DNA from: Nemertoderma westbladi
Lineage: Eukaryota; Animalia; Xenacoelomorpha
Length of the DNA stretch: 64,000 nt
Direction of reading: 5' to 3'
Assembly: GCA_032718475.1 (NCBI GenBank)
Contig: JAUCBJ010000045.1
Location: 1 to 64,000 of the forward strand
Shown here: positions 47,106-58,850 of the stretch, one piece after another
How positions within the stretch are numbered: position 1 is the first letter of the stretch
Layout: every line of letters begins with the position of its first letter
Translations under genes and position numbers: made by a program
Notes under the pieces: generated by a model
The model's input: only the letters and a program-made list of their open reading frames with translations
What the model was told of the DNA's origin: nothing
Database searches by the model: none

Positions 47106-50100
47106 TTACGTTATGGAGTCCCTAGATGTTTGAAGGATTAGGGAGGTGGTCGTGGGAAGAGAATCTTGCCTTCCACAGTTTCCGGAGAGTCCTCCATTCC
47201 CTTCCGGTAAACACAAACGACCGACTGGGTGATTGAGTCGCTGCATCCCGAATACAATTCCAGGTTTCCTCTTCGTCCTGGAATAGTGACGATAGAAACA
47301 TCGCTCTAGGTACACGACGGCCTTACAAAGCCGATTCCAGGAGCTATAGTGGTCCGTCGCTCCCTGCAGGAGAGGTGAGAGTCCCTGCGAGACGTCTGAT
47401 GTTCCAGAGCTCCAATCGCTCTCTCTGATCTTCATGAAGGATCCACTCGCGGTGGGGAGGTCCAGATCCACGGCGTCGTCCCTGGCAATATGTAATACCG
47501 ACAGATCTATCCCGGGTTCAAATAACTCCGATCCACCCGTCCGGGTTTTAGGTTTGACTTTCTCCGCTCCCTTGGCTGGTCTAATCTCAGTCGGAGTAAG
47601 ATGGGGAGGCCATTCATCCTCCTTACTCAGGAAGTCGGGTTCACCTAACCGGTCTGTAGTATCTGTCAGTTCTTGAGGAGTTGCTCCTCTGGAAGCGATG
47701 TCAGTTGGATTAAACTTCTTGGGGCAATATCTCCATTGATCTACATTGGAGCTAATATCGTCATTATCTGAGGAGTATGGTGTTCCCTCAGTTGGGTCGT
47801 CTCCCTCACTAGTATCATCTTCCCATTCACTCACCTGGCAGACGCGATCTTGAAGCAGTCTTTCTCTGAGCGTTCTTCGGGAAGGTCCAGTAAGGTACCA
47901 ACCTACTCTAGTTCTTACCGCATAGGTCTGAAGTGGTTGCGGTTGAGCAGGTCGTTTCTCCAATGTCTCCAGCGCCTCATGCGCGTTTTGACCGATTAAT
48001 ATTTGTACTCCAGGATAATCGGTGTCGAATCTAGGAATGTTAAGTTGTTGGGCATGATCATCTTCGTCCCAATTATAAGGTTCCACTTGGGTGGTAGCGA
48101 AGTTCTTTATTGCCACCATTTTGACTGACCTTATACTGTATTCTCCTAGTTTATCCTGTGGAGTGGACAACTCACCTATATAATAGTCGGCAGCCACAGC
48201 AGATTTCCAAACCTGCATGATCCCTGACATGTTTAGCTTGGTTCGGAACTTGGGTTGTCCAGCAAAGATGTCTTCGGCTAGTTCTTTATCGATGAATGTT
48301 CCTGTGCTGCCGGAGTCCAGGAGGGCGTTCACTATATAGCTCTTCTGAGGTCCGTGGACCCGTAACTGGACTACAGGAAATTCTCGGATTCCTACATTTG
48401 AAGTTGGCGCTTTCCAAGATTGTTGTTGATCTGAAGTAGTTAGGGTGAGGTCGCTGTCTGTATCTTTTTCATGAGTGAGTGCTCGATACACTGCGGTATT
48501 TATCATGTAACAGGATTCGTTTTCGTCGGAGAACTCGTCCGTATAGAATCCTTCCATCTCAGATTGATCAGTGTCGTTCACATCACTGAATTGGACATGT
48601 AGTTCGGAATCACTCACCTGACTCGGACTATTTCGCTCGAATTCAGTGTGCAACAAGATATGATGTTTCGCACCGCACTTTGCACACCTTGCGTCGGAGT
48701 AACAGGTTCGCCGTTGGTGTCCTCGTCTGAGGCAATTATAACACAACCGCTTATCCCACATGACTTCACGTCTGTCCTTTAGAGATTTCCTCAGGAATTC
48801 ATCACACGCACTTAAACGGTGGGGCCCATCGCACAGCACACATTTGGGCTTGATGTTACTTACTTTAACATGTGCTGTGTGGTGCACGTTCGTTCTTTCC
48901 TCGGGCTTTCTCACCTGAATTCTCTTGGGAGACGTAGGAGGAGTTTTTCTTACCTGTTCTCTCCTGTCATTGGTTCGAGACTTGAATTTACTTACCTGGT
49001 CTTTAGGCGTTTTGTTGTCATAGTAAGATCTTTCAGTGTCTTTCCCGCTATCCTCTCCTTGAGAAGTCTGGCTTTTGCTGTCGTCTGTATAACACACTGG
49101 TATTACCCTTCTCCTAGAAACGGGTTTCTCACTTACCTTGTTTTCCAGTGTCTTCTCTCTGGACTGCCTTAGGAGCTGTAATTTCACTTCTCCATCTAGG
49201 AATGACATGAGATCAGCCATGGTAGGGTCTCGTCGTTGTTGTTCCATCATATATAACACTTTCTTATCCCAGCGTGTACCTACTCCACCCTTCGGTAAAG
49301 TAGAAGCCACTGCTCTAATAACCATAGCACTCTGATACTCATGAGACTTACCTAGCCAATCTAATTGTCTGCAGATCTCCTGAATCTCATCGGAAAACTC
49401 TATAATTCCGCTGCTAATAAACTTTCGGGGCGCTACCAACTTTGCATACAAATACCCAGCTATGTTATTCCTATTACCATACCTGATGTTTAGTGTATCC
49501 CAAACTTGTCTTAATCCGTCTGGATGTCCAATAAACTTTAACGCCATTAACTTGGGAGATCCTTCCAAGCACTCTATGAGGAATCTAAGTTTCTCTCCAT
49601 TAGATAGCACAGAGTTCTGTATGTTATCTTTGTAATATTCATTAAAAGGTAACCATTTCATCTCATCTCCATTGAACTTGACGATCTCTCCCACCTTTAC
49701 CGCTTGCCGGGCTTCGGTTCTAGCCATTTGACGCGTAAAACTTTCTTGGGCCATCGTGTTATTTAATATCGAGTTATCGGTATATAAATTTCTCGGATTA
49801 TGATCCGGTCTATAGGGAATATCATTATCAACAGGTCTATAATTACCCTTAATAGGGTTCACTATAGGAGTTTCTACTTCGCTAGCAGTATATATGCGTG
49901 TAGGCTTCACACCTTGCGCATGAGATACTTCAGACCTAACAGGTTGACACATTGTTACCGAGGGTGGTGGTATACCCCTTTGAGTATTTACTAATTTATC
50001 GCGTTCTAGCGCGATACTTTGCTGCACTTCTTGCAACTCTAGCCTACTTTCCCTTACTGTGCCCTTGAATTGCTGGACAGTCTCCTGCATCTGCCCGAGC

Positions 50101-50111
50101 AGGAGATCCAT
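47106..50111 (-). pseudogene. Element A Gag-protease, C-terminal part (separated from its N-terminal part by insertion C)
   Basis: Highly similar to the B polyprotein from MDLLLGQMQE onward; has ALLDSGS, NPTDIASRG and YSSWNRL remnants; no RT or integrase core. Confidence 0.9.
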
Positions 50112-50642
50112 GTGGCAGTTCAAGTATATAAAACACTGGTTCGGTAATTTTCTACAATCCAAAAATGTCTATAATCAAAAACTAAGTAACATATATCAAT
50201 AATTCTTATACACTCCTAATACTAATACTCATCCTAATACCAATATACTTCACCAATATTAAGGCACTAACTCAAAAATGTATATAACCAGCTGTTTGCC
50301 TTAACCAACCAATATACATTACATATTACACAATGTAGTCCTTCAATTAACGTACAGTATACTATGGGGATTGTCACACTCCCCGACAAAATATGCAAAT
50401 AGTCTTTCAATTAACGTACAGTATACTATGGGATTGTCACACTCCCCGACAAAATATGCAATTACGACAACTTATACCATTCCACCAATAACTGCAATAT
50501 AGTTACAATAATGACAAAACATAAATGTGACAATGCTGTACAATACAAATCTGTATCAATAATTATATGCAAAAATATCTCACTTATAGTTACACAGTCA
50601 CAGTTACTTATTTGATGCACGACACCAACCCTACAGTTAGGT

Positions 50643-52302
50643 CTAGTTGTCAATTTCTAATGGGATAAGTCCTTGTACAGGTCGAGTGATAATTATACTG
50701 CTGATTTTTTTGCCTATTTTTGCAATTTTTACTTTTACAGATCTGATACTATTATCACGACCATGTAAGAGCTCTACTATAATCCCTAGCTTCCATAATT
50801 GGCGCGGTTTCTTGATCTTAGAAGTAGTTTCATCCAGTAACACCACCTCACCAACCCTCGGCTGACGTGTCTGATATCGGCGAATAGAGTAATGCTGTCT
50901 AAGAGTTGTCAGATACTCGCGAGCCCAAATGTTCCAGAATTTATCTATCAATTGGTCTTTGTATTTGGTGCGTCGGGTCACATTCTCAGCATTCAATTCG
51001 TCATTAATATTATTACTGCTGATATTATCTGTTTCAGGTCTTTCAGTGAGTCGCTTTCCGATTAATAAATGTGACGGAGTTAGAGGTTCCAAAATCTCGT
51101 CTGAATACACGTAAGTTAGTGGGCGACTGTTAATTACACTCTCAACTTTTATCAATAAGGTATGTAACTCGTCGCTATTCAATAATGCGTTTCCTATCGA
51201 CTTCCTCAATGCTCTCTTCACACTTTGCACTAGTCGTTCCCAGTACCCTCCCCACCAAGGGGCATGTTCACATATAAAGTTCCATTTGATATTTAAATTT
51301 GCTATATGGGTTTGTGTTTTCTTGGCTGTGAAATTACTTCCATTATCTGAAGTTATTGTTGCTGGATATCCCCTGCGACCAAAGAATCTATCTAAACCAC
51401 GGATAGTAAACTCCGCATCTATACTTTCTTGTAATTCAAAATGTACCGCTCTAGACGAATTACATGTAATCAGAAGAATATGGCATTTTTCAATCAGTTC
51501 ATTATTTCGAACATACATTGGCCCCGCTATATCCACACCGACATCATTAAATGCTAGACTTCCACTCACCCTATCCAGGGGTAAACAAGGTGTATCTGGG
51601 GGTGTGAATGCTTTTGCTTGTTGTTTGCGACATATAACACATTCATTTAATTGTTTCTTAATAATTTGTCTGGCCTGGGGTATATAAAACTTGTTTCTCA
51701 GTTGCACAAATGTATCACGAACTCCAGCATGTAATACTTCTGTTTCGTGACATTGTCTAATGATTAACGTCGTCAGATAAAGTTTTTTCGGTAGCAGTAT
51801 TGGATCTTTCGCTGTTGTGGGCACCTGATATGCCATATCAATGCGGCCTTTGCATCTTATCAAGCCCTCAGCATCTAGGTATAAGTGAAGTTGATTGATT
51901 AAGTTTCTCACATAAGGCTCTTTGTCGCATTTTGTCGTCAATTGTGAAACAACTTCAGGATACATTTCTGCTTGAACTTCCTTTAAGCATAAAGTGCTTG
52001 CTTTGCTTCTTTCCAGAATAGTTAAAACACCTAATTGTTTGGGGGTATCCTTCCCTATCCTTGCCTTCAGATTATTGACAAAACGGTACATCCATGCCAC
52101 TACTTGAATCAGCTTATTGTAGCTGCTATAACGAAGTATTATTGAATCATGCACTTCGTTTGAGATAAGTAAGACTGACGGCATTTCTATTGGGTTCTTC
52201 AACTCTTTAAAAGCCTCTTCCTCAATATCTCTTGTCTCTATGGTTTTCGAAGGATAATCTATCACATTTGACACCCATTCCGGACCACACCACCAGATAT
52301 TT
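50643..52302 (-). CDS. Element C BEL/Pao integrase region (5'-truncated, still open)
   Basis: WWCGPEW RNase H tail, H..HAG..CVIC zinc finger, DIAGP / SDNG / WERLV catalytic DDE triad, DUF5641-like C-terminus (FWNIWAREYL, WKLG, RPVQGLIPLE). Confidence 0.92.
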
Positions 52303-52326
52303 CTGGCTGGGGAAGGTTGAATAAGA

Positions 52327-53120
52327 CAATGAGGCCATTGACATTTTACAATCAAGGTTTGGACATAAACAGCTACGTATTAACGCCCATATGAAGAGAA
52401 TAATAAATCTACAGGTAGCCTGTATGAAAGTGGACGATTTAAGAAAATTGTATGATGAAGTCAATATTCAGATTAGAGGACTCTTGACACTTGGTCTATC
52501 AAGTGATACATATGGGGCCCTGCTTGTTGCCATCTTAGTGTCAAAATTGCCGGAAGAAATTATTTTAGAAATTTCGCGTGTTGAGAAGGGCGAAATTTGG
52601 GATATAAACGTTGTATTAAAAACATTAAGGGAAGAAGTTGAGGCAAGAGAGATTGCAGCACAACAACAGGAAAAAACAGATGTAAAACAGGCAGCCTGGA
52701 AAAGCTTCAATGGTGAAATTGGTACAGCATCGGCATTGTTAGAAAATAGCAATTCAAGATTTAAACCCGCTGTTGCTAGATATACACGTAGGCCGGATAA
52801 TTGTGTGTATTGCGACAAAGCACATCGCAGTACTGATTGCGAACAATTCTATAATATGCAAAGCCGAATTGTGCGGTTGCAGCAATTAAATAAATGTTTT
52901 TCTTGTTTGGGGGAGGGACACATTGCTAAGGAATGTGCAAGGAAAATTAGTTGCATCATCTGCTCAAGGCCACACCATATTTCTCTGTGCAGTAGAGTTT
53001 CTGCGCCATTTTATGGAAAAGCCGATGTAAAATATAGAACAAATTATGAGCGTCAAGGTCCAGGATATAATGTTGGGTTTGTTGAAAACTATCCAATTCC
53101 AACGCCACCTAGAGGGGAGA
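52327..53120 (+). pseudogene. Inverted BEL gag fragment within C
   Basis: EAIDILQSRFG, SKLPEEI, knuckles CVYCDKAH..C, CFSCLGEGH..C, CIICSRPHHISLC. Confidence 0.88.
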
Positions 53121-53136
53121 TCAAGAATGGTATATA

Positions 53137-53330
53137 TCAAGCCTGGTATTGTTCTAGTAGTTTGGGTTGTTTTTGCATCTTCTTTAATAGAGTTTCGTAC
53201 CTACGCTCAGCTAGGTAATAATTATTAGGCAAATTAGCCTTTTGCGATGAAATCCATGGTAATTTAATTTCGTATCTTCCATTGATCATCTCTGGTTGTT
53301 CAATAAAATCTAAGTTAAAATGTGAATCCG
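53137..53330 (-). pseudogene. Short BEL pre-RT fragment within C
   Basis: GRYEIKLPW..LPNNYYLAERR..L..Y motif that precedes the RT domain in BEL/Pao polyproteins. Confidence 0.8.
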
Positions 53331-53548
53331 GATTGAAAAATGCCATATTCTTCTGATTACATGTAATTCGTCTAGAGCGGTACATTTTGAATTACAAGAA
53401 AGTATAGATGCGGAGTTTACTATCCGTGGTTTAGATAGATTCTTTGGTCGCAGGGGATATCCAGCAACAATTACTTCCATTATCTGAAGTTATTGTTGCT
53501 GGATATCCCCTGCGACCAATGAGGCCATTGACATTTTACAATCAAGGC

Positions 53549-55456
53549 CCCCCGCCGTCTCTCGTCCACCCATTCGACCGCCGAAGCAGGAGTCGCCAAC
53601 GTTGTAGCGGGCGGACGAGGGACAACGGGCGACAAATCATGAATATTTCGCTCGGGGTCCAGGACCTGAACTGTCTCCTGGGCAGTTCTACTGGGCATAG
53701 GTAGCTTAGTGCTGTGCAAAGGGAATTGAGAAGTAGGTTCAGGGAGTACAGGTGTCTCTACGACCGAAAGGGTTGCTTCGGGAACAGGCCTAATTATTTC
53801 AGGCTCATCTACTATAGTAGGGAGTCTTTCTATTGTAATTATTTGGTCTGTGGGTTCTGTACTACCTAAGTTGGTGTTATTTAGTTGCCTTCTAACAGCT
53901 GGAGGCAAATCAGGCAATTTCTGACGGTGGAATGTTCTTTTACGTCTGCTTAGGTGAGATCTATTTCCCTTGCCTTCAGTATCGGTGGTATCGCCTTCCT
54001 CAGATGATGTATATCCCTGTCTTTTGGGAGTAGATCGATTCATCATCTGCATATTACTAGCTGTTAACTGTTTATTAACGTTGTCTTGTCTCTCTTGAAG
54101 ATTTTCCAACTCTAGTTGGGTTGTCTCTTCAGATGCCCTCCGTTCTGCTTCTGCCACTGCTATTTTTCTTTCCGCTTCGGCCGCCTTTCTTTCGGCTTCT
54201 ACTGCTGCAGCTGCCGCTTTTGCCTCTGCCGCTGCCGCTTTTGCCTCTGCCGCTGCCTCTGCCGCTTTCTTTCTATCTTCTATACGTTTTTTCTTTACTT
54301 GTTCTTCTTGAACCTTAACGATGCGGAGTTGTTCATCGAATTTAGCTTGATTAGCCGCTAACCTATCCACGTCGATGGCGTCAAGCACACGCTGTGCTCC
54401 TTCACTATTAGGGCTAAGTCCCTCTAGTCTTCTCCGCAACTCTTCATCACCTACAAAACGTTGATAGTCTGACAGATAGATGTCAATGGCATCCCTCTTA
54501 TGCGGTTTCTCTGCCATCGCTTCACTTTCCACTTGGGAAAAAGTAGCGTCTGTTGATTCTCCATGGGTTGAGCGCTCCTCCAGTTGATCTTTCCACTGAG
54601 CTGTTCCTTGAACCTGGCGACTCACCCGTTGAAACCAAGTCTTTACGGCAACTTGCAACGACGTGTCTTGTCTTCTTTTAGAAGCCTCTTCAAAGGCTGA
54701 TAATATTAGCCTGATTCGCAGAATTCTTTCTCTAACTTGATAAAGCAGTTGTCCCTGCTCTTGAGGTCCTAGAGGTTGTTGTAACAGTTGTTTTTCTACT
54801 CGCTCCATAGAGCTGAAGAATCCCTGTGCGTATCCGGCTGCGGACCTCTTCCACACAGCTGGATCGATGGTTTCCTTGGCTACTCCCATCCGGTGTATGT
54901 CTTCCCAGGCAGCTTCTGATAAATCAAACGGGAGTCCGGGTCCGGGGAAGTTCCATTGCGACTCGACCATAGATTTCAGTTCTTCCTTTGTGTATCCTGC
55001 ATAACTATCTTTAGTTGAGCGCTTACTTCGCGCCCAATCGATCTGGTGTTCTTCCACCGCGATCAATAACTTGGTGAGTACGGCTGCAGGAAGGATGAGA
55101 AGTGGATCCGAATAAACCGCATCCGTCATCCTTGCTCCGCGCTCGGGTGTCAGTTCTACAGTATCTTCACTACTGGAGCTGTCGGGCCGCTGAGAAATAA
55201 GTTCTTGGCTCACGGGTTGTTGCTGTTCCGCTGCTTCTTGGTCCCGCTTGACCTGGGCTCGAGTGCCTATGATAGACCTACGATGTTGGACCAGCCTAGG
55301 TTCTGTTATTACTACTGGAGGGATGACTTTCCTCACAGTGGGAGGTGAACTGAACTTAGGACTAGACGGTTCTACACCCTTATCTGAGTCGCAGATAGTT
55401 ACATCTAATACACTGTCTGACAGGTTCTGCTTAGTATCAGACATGTTTGTTTGCAC
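53549..55456 (-). pseudogene. Element A Gag, N-terminal part
   Basis: Homologous to the B N-terminus up to VEWVDERRRG, where C interrupts it. Confidence 0.9.
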
Positions 55457-57615
55457 AGTTGAATGCCTACTGCTATATTACAGTTTAAGCAAGTCTAGTA
55501 ATTCAGTATTAACTGCTAGCCTAGTAATTAATTACCGATACTGCTACTCAGTGTAGCGTGATATATAATATATTAGTATACCGGTATGCTTATAGTATAT
55601 ATAAGTATTATTACAGACTAGTTTTTTCACAGAAACCGGTATATAATTTTAGCACAAATATATATAAATATATAATAGGCCTATCGTGGATACCGGTATG
55701 CAGTTTACACTTATAGTATATATAAGTATAATTACAGACTAGAATTAATTACAGAATACCGGTATGATTTCAGCACAAGTATATAAATATATAATAGGCC
55801 TATCGTAAATACCGGTATATCAATTATTTTAAATAATTGAATTTCTGAATTTTAAGGGTTACTTGGTTACTTTAACTTACTTTATTACCGTTATTTAAGC
55901 AGTAGTCCAACTGATATTGAGACCTAATTATTGTATGGCAGGCCTACTATTTATAAATCGTTTGAGTTGATTTATAATATATATACCCGTTTAATGGGTT
56001 TTGTCAATGTTGAAATAAATGTTATTATTTCTGGGGGAGTCACTACACATAAGCTGTGAGCTCTCAGTGGAGTGCTACTTGTTAGACACTAAAACAAATA
56101 ATTCTAATTTACCTAAGTTACTTAATACTACAAATTACGTACAATTCGGGTTGAGATTACAATCTCTAAATAAACACAAAAATTTACAAAAACACAAAAT
56201 ACGAATTTTCAGGGTAATTTTACAAGAAGTCTACAAACCAGCCTAACAAAGGGTTAGAATTCTGGTTATTACAACGGACAGGGTACTGCGGTATTTGAAA
56301 ATAATAAGTAGTAGTAAATATACTGCGTTGTCCAGATAGGAAAATACCACCGCCTGACGACCTATAGCCGTATCGCTATAGGTACTACGTTATGTATCAC
56401 GGAGTGTTCCTACCTAGAAGTTAATAGAGCTAATCGAACGTGCCTATCAACCACTTTACAACACAAATATAATGCCTACACTAATTACTTTCGGAAAGCA
56501 CTGTACACTAAACCCTAAATTAGGTACGAGTACTTGTACAACATATAATCAGTAGTTAAATATACTTGAACAGCTAAAAGAACCACGGCATCTGCTGGAG
56601 TGACCGGTGCACAAAATCACCAGTCTTTACCTACGCCAAGCAGCCCGTGTAGTACCGGGGTTAATTTAACTATAGCGTGTATTTACTGTATGTATAACAA
56701 ACACAATTATTGTAGGAACAAACTTGGGGAATGAATGTTGCGAATAATCGCATAAACTCTGAATAATAAATATTACGCTACGCGTACAAACCACTCAAAC
56801 AAAATGCAGACCAAATACTGACAGACTACTATCAAGCCTAAACAAACTACGGTATATGCAGACTCCGAAATGATTAAGTAGTATGCGTTCTAACCCAGTA
56901 GTACGACTTATTCTTTAGATGGGGGTTTACCTTACAGCGATGGCTGCCCCTACTTCCTAACCGTTCTTTATCGGACAGATGCTTTGCACACACCGAAATT
57001 TCCTCAAACCCAACAACAGCCAGACAACTATCCAGCCTACAAATTATCTAAATAAAATTATACGCTACCCGTACAGACTACACAAACAAAGTACAGACCA
57101 AACGCTAGTCAACTACTATCAAGCCTAAATAAACCACAGGACATGCAGACTCCGAAATAGTTAAGTAGTATGCGTTCTAACCCAGTCAGCCAGTAGTACG
57201 ACTTATTCTTTAGCTGGGGGTTTACCTTACAGCAATGGCTGCCCCTACTTCCTAACCGTTCTTTATCGGACATACACTCTACATGTACTGTAATCCGTTC
57301 AGACCTAATCAACAGTTAGCCAACAATCAAGCCTAGAAATTATCTGTACAATCTGAGCAGGGTTACACACCTTCTGCTCAATATCAACCTACTAGTAAAT
57401 AAAACTGGCAGAAATAAGTAAACTATACAAAAGAATGAGGGGTGATCAATCCCTATTCCCCTGGCAGCCTACAGTATACAATAGATCACAATCGAATAAT
57501 ACTGCTGTACCTGTACTGTTGTAGGTACCGGTCCGGATGATCAGGCAGTCAGGCCTACTGGTTACCGGTCGACCGGTACTTTCGACTAGATTGCTTACAC
57601 CGCAATCCAGAAGCA

Positions 57616-57626
57616 ATATCTGTTAT
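57616..57626 (-). promoter_or_regulatory. Element A non-tRNA primer-binding site ATAACAGATAT
   Basis: Flush with the 5' LTR end; 11/11 complementary to the A LTR segment seen at 31333-31343. Confidence 0.7.
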
Positions 57627-58231
57627 TGTTTGCGCTTTTAAAGACCTTTGACAGTTTAACCTGCCAAAATTAGAATGTCCTTTGGATGATAGATAGTCTT
57701 TAGCCTATGACGAGTATTTGATACACTACATTAGCCGAAGCCAGTCTATGCGCAATCATTCACCCGTTGGATATACCCGGGAGACTGAGTTCGGGGCTTA
57801 ATGATTGATGGTGTAAGCCTACTGTATTATTCGACTGATCGTAATATATAATCTCTGACAAATATTATTCACTTTCGGGAAATATTAACAGTTCCTTTAG
57901 GACGTGGCGCTCTAAATATATAAACAGAGTTATGACTTAAACCAGACACAACGAAAAGGCTATAGATTCACATATATGGCGCATTCTTTAGGAGATGCTT
58001 TGTTATCAGTTACACTCATACACAATGCTGCACAATACTGCACACTAATCTGCCAACCTTCACTAAATTTGGTCACGTATAAAGAGAGCAACAGACAATT
58101 TATGTTGGGCATATGAAATAGCATTAGATTCACTTCAAACCACTCAACATACATAGGTCGCAATCGTTTATCTGTAACCGGTCTCTCTAACCTTTAGTAT
58201 ATCAAGAAGGTGGGGTGTCTGACTATTGATC
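57627..58231 (-). repeat. Element A 5' LTR (part), interrupted by element D
   Basis: Matches about 30620-31220 until GACTATTGATC, then switches to TGTTAGC. Confidence 0.93.
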
Positions 58232-58770
58232 TGTTAGCTTATTCAATCCCGCCAACACCCCATAAAGTTATAAGCCGATAAGCAATATTGGGAGCCACGA
58301 GATTGGGCAATTAACCAACTCGTGCCATCCCAATAAGAGTGGGAAGGAAGCACACAATAGAGGTTCAGGGGCCAAACCCCTAACCCAGAGAGAACAGGTG
58401 GAGTGAACGGGAATACTCCACGGGGCGCCAACAAGGGTAACAACCAATCAGAGGGGGGCAAGGCATCGATTAGGTAGTAATTAGGCCAACCGTGCAGTAT
58501 AGCCACTTGGCAGTAATATTACCTATTCAGTCATCTCAGTGCAGCAGTGCTAGCGTAGGATAATAGTTAATTAGTTTAGTTAGGGGAGCACGGGACTTTA
58601 GTTACCGTATCCCGCCTACCGTATAATTCACAATATATCTATATCCTATAACCTATTATTATACACCGAACTTCAGAACTCATTTAACTTCATTCACTCT
58701 TTATACACGGCGGGGACGCGTAAACTGAATACCAACCGGATAAATCGGGATCCTCCTGGATCCCGTCACA

Positions 58771-58779
58771 GTAACTAAA
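58771..58779 (+). promoter_or_regulatory. Element D putative non-tRNA primer-binding site GTAACTAAA
   Basis: Follows CCCGTCACA; 9/9 complementary to TTTAGTTAC at 58597-58605, extendable by 3 bp across a bulge. Confidence 0.55.
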
Positions 58780-58850
58780 TCCGAGCTGCCGCCCCAGTTA
58801 AACTCTAAGAACTACACTGCCAGCTAGCCGAACTCCACCGACCAGACGAG

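Larger units (their letters stand above)
50111..53547 (-). mobile_element. Element C: rearranged, one-ended BEL/Pao fragment inserted in the gag of A
   Basis: 268-bp LTR 50111-50378 (TGTGGCA...TGTCACA), PPT, integrase, then inverted gag and templated fragments; no TSD seen. Confidence 0.88.
30603..58231 (-). mobile_element. Element A: non-autonomous BEL/Pao LTR retrotransposon hosting three nested insertions
   Basis: LTRs at 30603-31785 and 57627-58231 (the latter interrupted); PPT GGGAGCGG (plus strand CCGCTCCC at 31786); Gag-protease split into 53549-55456 and 47106-50111; internal region colinear with B. Confidence 0.93.

Noticed and set aside
50112-50162. N-terminus MDCRKLPNQ.. of the 1018-aa ORF and C-terminus ALIVKCQ.. 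of the 658-aa ORF
   Set aside because: Chance read-through into insertion C; the two ORFs are halves of one gag.
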